From NCBI GenBank assembly GCA_010093605.1, contig MU004182.1, forward strand, positions 2,713,195 to 2,777,194: a DNA stretch of 64,000 nt, read 5' to 3'. Source of the DNA: Lophium mytilinum (Eukaryota). Under the pieces are notes generated by a model. That model did no database searches, was not told the DNA's origin, and saw nothing but the letters and a program-made list of their open reading frames with translations. Of this stretch, positions 60,320-64,000 are shown piece after piece. Within the stretch, counting starts at the first letter, position 1; the number at the start of each line of letters is the position of its first letter. A program made the position numbers and the translations under genes.

Positions 60320-61276
60320 ATGGCGGCAGCCCGAGCGAATAATTGGAGCCTAGTGGCAGCTGCGCGCGCCGCAAATGGAACCTATGAACTCCTACTCCCG
60401 CCGTACATACTCGACATCTTTTCGAAGCACGACACGAACCCCTGGAAGGATCTCGAGAACCTGATGCGGACAATGAAACAACGAGGTCTTACATATGACC
60501 AGGTTCTTTCCCGCTGGTCTAATCTGTTAGATTGTGACCTCACCGCTGAAGACCATCAATTCTGGGAGAAGCACATGGACGTTCAAGACATAATGAAGCG
60601 GGCAGAAAGAAAGCGGGAACGGTACTACACTCTATACGAAAAAGAACGAACGCCAGAGAACTGGGCGCCAATGACGCGAGCCCACCTCGATCTTCTCCAG
60701 ATGAAGGTACGCTATGTTCGTATCAAAGCAGGCTTTCCGAGCTGGGACAGCACGCCGGCTGCGATGACTCAGGCAGGCCTTAGGCTTGACATCATTCCTC
60801 CTGCCACGTTTCGAGAGCGGTATAAGAGCACTGTGAATTATCTTCGGGCGGCAAAGCAAGCGATCGCGGAAGTCGACAGCGTTATCGTCCCATACAACCC
60901 AGCCAACGACGAGGAGGATCCGTCTACACAGTGCCAGATCTGCGACTTGGAATACAGCGACGTCCGGCCAGCTATGCAATTTCCTTGCCATCACGTGTAT
61001 TGTAGGCCCTGCATCCAGAAATGGCTGATTGAGGCTGCGGGAAATCGGAGTTGTCCTGCATGCCGCCGTGATCTAATACCGCCACGCTCAGCCACACGGC
61101 CTTCGATCAAGTTACAACGTATTCCGGCGTTTGAACAGATCTTGTTGGACTTGAAGAGCTGGGCAGATGAGCTGCAGGGGCTATTCGAGTCCTCATGGGG
61201 ATATGTGTGGGAAGTCGATCTTGGGTTTCAAAATCTGAGAGCAGTGATGGAGAAAGAAAATGAGACACTGCTGTAG
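60320..61276 (+). CDS. RING-HC (C3HC4) E3 ligase-like protein
   Basis: CQIC..PCHHVYCRPCIQKWL..CPACRR. Intronless. Confidence 0.88.
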   Translation: MAAARANNWSLVAAARAANGTYELLLPPYILDIFSKHDTNPWKDLENLMRTMKQRGLTYDQVLSRWSNLLDCDLTAEDHQFWEKHMDVQDIMKRAERKRERYYTLYEKERTPENWAPMTRAHLDLLQMKVRYVRIKAGFPSWDSTPAAMTQAGLRLDIIPPATFRERYKSTVNYLRAAKQAIAEVDSVIVPYNPANDEEDPSTQCQICDLEYSDVRPAMQFPCHHVYCRPCIQKWLIEAAGNRSCPACRRDLIPPRSATRPSIKLQRIPAFEQILLDLKSWADELQGLFESSWGYVWEVDLGFQNLRAVMEKENETLL

Positions 61277-62091
61277 GTCGGACAAGGCTCGAGGAAGACA
61301 GAGCGGCAGTCTATTCTGGATCCGTTTGAGATAGCTTGAAGTTCCACCAGGAGTGTTAGGGTGCTCGTTATTAAAACCACAAGGGCATACCAGGGGCTGG
61401 GGTTGTCTTAGTAGGTGTCTTAGCCCGAGCCCGTGGTCACATGAACAAACAATAACCTTTGAATCCCGATAAATAGTCTACTCAAAGCTCTACTAATGAC
61501 TCACGTGCTTGAAGAACATTCAAAGTTGTCAGGGAGTGGCGGTGGGAGCTGCGGCGGACGCACATCACCCCTCGTATCTCACCTTACCTTTCTCCAAAAC
61601 TCTTTCTCTCCTATATCGTCATCACGCAATACATCACGTATACGGCCTACAGCTTCTTTTTCCGTGATATTAGTGCTCTCGCAAATAAAGAGATTCTGGC
61701 TATCGACACGTCTTTTACATCGGTACGCAGCAAAAGAACCTTCGTCGATCATAAGTTTATGGTACTGCCATAAGAAAGGAAAAGCAGTGTATCACAGCGT
61801 CGACCCCATGGCACACGCACTCATTTTCTTTCTGATTGTGCGCCCAATGCTGTTACAATCATATAGCGCAGGAACCTCTCAAGATTAGGTGCCAGGGAAA
61901 CAGCTAAAACGTAGCTTACAATGTCTTTGTCAACCATATCCTGGCTTGCCTGCCCTCTACATCTATAATAACATTGTTTATAGATCATTATATCTATAAT
62001 TACATTGTTTACAGATCAAATATCTTATATCAACCTTCTTTTGCCTATATTTCCCCAGATACAAACCTCTTACACACTTCGTAGTCACAGA

Positions 62092-63018
62092 ATGTCATTT
62101 ACACGGGATGAAAGCCCCCCATTCGTTTCCCTTGCAACTCTTAAATCCGAGTTCAAGACTTATCAAAAGAATTGGCGATGCTCGACTTTCTCCACTCAGC
62201 TCCGCTCTCTCCTGATATCCCGCCTCGAGGAATGGAACATCGACCAAGCGATTGTCATTGGCCTCGGTTGTGTTGACATGATACCCACTTACAGTCACCT
62301 CAAGGGCACGGAAGAGGACTACAACGAGTGGCGTAAGAAGATCCTCTGCCAAGTGATGGTCTTCGTCGAAGTTGTTAACATCCTATCTAGGGCACAAAAT
62401 GGCCGTCCAATTACGATGTTCGCCAGCGACCCTACATTCGATGATCTCGACGAGTTTTATCTCGCTCGGTTGAACATCACCGTCATTGAAAAGGCAGAGG
62501 AGCGTGTTACCCCCACCACATTCGTTTTCAGCCCGTTCGCCCCGTGGCCTGTAGCCCTCGACGCTGTGCGCCGCTCACCGGAGCTCTATCTAGGTACCAG
62601 CTGGACTAGGGTCTTGGAGGCAAGACCGCCACGATCACGTCGGCGTAGAAAGAGGCGGCATCGAGACTGCTATATGAACGATGAGCAACGTGCTGACTGT
62701 CATAGATACTTAGAGAGCCGTATAGAGAACACATTTCCCGGCCTCGAAACCTACCAGCACCCATCGGTACATATGACACCTCCGAAGGAGCTCTTAGAGA
62801 AGAGTGCTGAGCTGGCGAATCTAACTGGGCGCGGACTTGCTGGGCTCTTCCAGTTTCTCTGGCCGAAGCCGAAGCCCTTCCAGGAGGAAGATGATTCAGA
62901 CTCCCAGGAGGGAGAGAAATCAAACTCCCAAGAGGAAGAGCAATCAGACTCCCAAGAGGAAGAGCAATCAGACTTCCAGGAGGAAAAGGAATTCGACTCT
63001 CAGGCGAGTCAAACATAA
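62092..63018 (+). CDS. SRR1-like domain protein with acidic repeat tail
   Basis: IDQAIVIGLG, MFASDPTFDDLDEFYLARLNITV and TFVFSPF match the SRR1-domain pattern (xxGLG..Q..DP.F...D). ATG 62092. Confidence 0.75.
   Translation: MSFTRDESPPFVSLATLKSEFKTYQKNWRCSTFSTQLRSLLISRLEEWNIDQAIVIGLGCVDMIPTYSHLKGTEEDYNEWRKKILCQVMVFVEVVNILSRAQNGRPITMFASDPTFDDLDEFYLARLNITVIEKAEERVTPTTFVFSPFAPWPVALDAVRRSPELYLGTSWTRVLEARPPRSRRRRKRRHRDCYMNDEQRADCHRYLESRIENTFPGLETYQHPSVHMTPPKELLEKSAELANLTGRGLAGLFQFLWPKPKPFQEEDDSDSQEGEKSNSQEEEQSDSQEEEQSDFQEEKEFDSQASQT
62878..63003 (+). repeat. About five 24-bp coding repeats (DSQEEEQS-like)
   Basis: FQEEDDSD SQEGEKSN SQEEEQSD SQEEEQSD FQEEKEFD SQ. Confidence 0.85.
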
Positions 63019-63316
63019 CAGATAGATACGTTTCTCTGGTAAGACTGTATGCAATCAGATAGCTGTTTTCGCTCCAGTTACTCTTCAGTAGTCTTAGTTA
63101 TTCACTTCCATGTTTTACAGCAAAGAGATCTTGCAAAGCACACTAACCGTCGCCATTGTATTCACCCTGTTGCTCCTTGAAGAACCAGGCTACCTATATC
63201 TTTCAACGTCGGTGGATTCAATCCACCATCCTTCATCCTCTCCTTGCCACGCCCACCACCACAATACCACCACAAGAACAGACCCGTGACCCGTAAGAGT
63301 CTGACGGGGCTACCTT

Positions 63317-64000
63317 ATGTCGGCTCATTTAAATGACCCTACATACTGGGCAAGAGAACGAGTTTGCGCAGGAAACTTTCAGGACTTCCTATCCGCGCAG
63401 GTTGCGCAATTGTTCAACAATGTTGAAAGACTGCCTCGAATCAACCTCGTTGGGAATCTGATTCAGACGTGGTCATGTCAAGGAAAAAAGTTCAATGACG
63501 TTGTCTCCCGATGTGCCAGAACTCCCGACTGCGCTCTAACGGACGACGAAAAGTGGTTCGTCGTCGCCCATGGAAGATTCAAGCTGCTGCAACAAATGAG
63601 AAGCTTGAAGCAATGGAATCAACCGAGGACTCCCATCGTAGAATTCATCCAATTCCAAGTGAAGCGGCTCGAGACAAACGTCAGGCTAGCTCGTATCTAC
63701 TTTTCGGACTGGGTGGCGAAGGTTCCGGGCATGGAAGGGCTTGGCATGAAGGATTCGCTTTTGGTACTATACCATATGCTTCAACGACAGGTGGACGCAA
63801 ATATTGCTTTGTTACGCATACATGGAACGATCTGCGAGGTGGCGGCTGTGAGTGCCCTATACTCCGTGGGCCATCGCGACGGAATACTGGAGAAAATGGA
63901 GGACGATGGCGATGGACAGATGGAAATCGACTACGATGGCAGATGCCCTGTCTGTTACGAACATTACGGGGACTCCGTCCACGCCATGAAGCTGAAAAGA
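63317..64000 (+). CDS. RING-finger protein, paralog of 60320; runs off the window end (missed by the ORF track)
   Basis: Open frame from ATG 63317: MSAHLNDPTYWARERVCAGNFQDFL...DGRCPVCYEHYGDSVHAMKLKR. Aligns with the 60320 protein. Confidence 0.8.
   Translation, partial: MSAHLNDPTYWARERVCAGNFQDFLSAQVAQLFNNVERLPRINLVGNLIQTWSCQGKKFNDVVSRCARTPDCALTDDEKWFVVAHGRFKLLQQMRSLKQWNQPRTPIVEFIQFQVKRLETNVRLARIYFSDWVAKVPGMEGLGMKDSLLVLYHMLQRQVDANIALLRIHGTICEVAAVSALYSVGHRDGILEKMEDDGDGQMEIDYDGRCPVCYEHYGDSVHAMKLKR

Overview
Eukaryotic DNA from a filamentous ascomycete (Pezizomycotina). The basis is short GT..AG introns with CTRAC branch sites, Zn2Cys6, tyrosinase and GH27 genes, and a RIP-mutated transposon. 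No rRNA, tRNA or CRISPR was recognised. Left to right: a secreted-protein pseudogene; a membrane-anchored pepsin-fold protein without catalytic motifs; a DUF3431 gene; a hypothetical membrane protein; a 3.5-kb RIP-destroyed Mutator-like element (207-bp TIRs, 9-bp TSD); tyrosinase; two hypotheticals; Sro7/tomosyn; a small accessory block (frameshifted DEAD-box pseudoenzyme, HET-like remnant, and an intronless ORF with RelA/SpoT small-alarmone-synthetase-like motifs); GH27 alpha-galactosidase; a 1486-codon ORF; an HSL-family hydrolase; an intergenic palindromic array of six ~150-bp units; and a right-hand cluster of intronless E3-ligase-like genes (3 RING, 3 F-box-like, 1 SRR1-like) interrupted by a divergent Zn2Cys6 TF/MFS pair with repeated CGG-N13-CCG sites. 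The strongest novelty candidates are the alarmone-synthetase-like ORF (30923-31807), the 150-bp palindromic array (~41980-43040) and the E3 cluster. All family calls are by eye from motifs; no searches were run.
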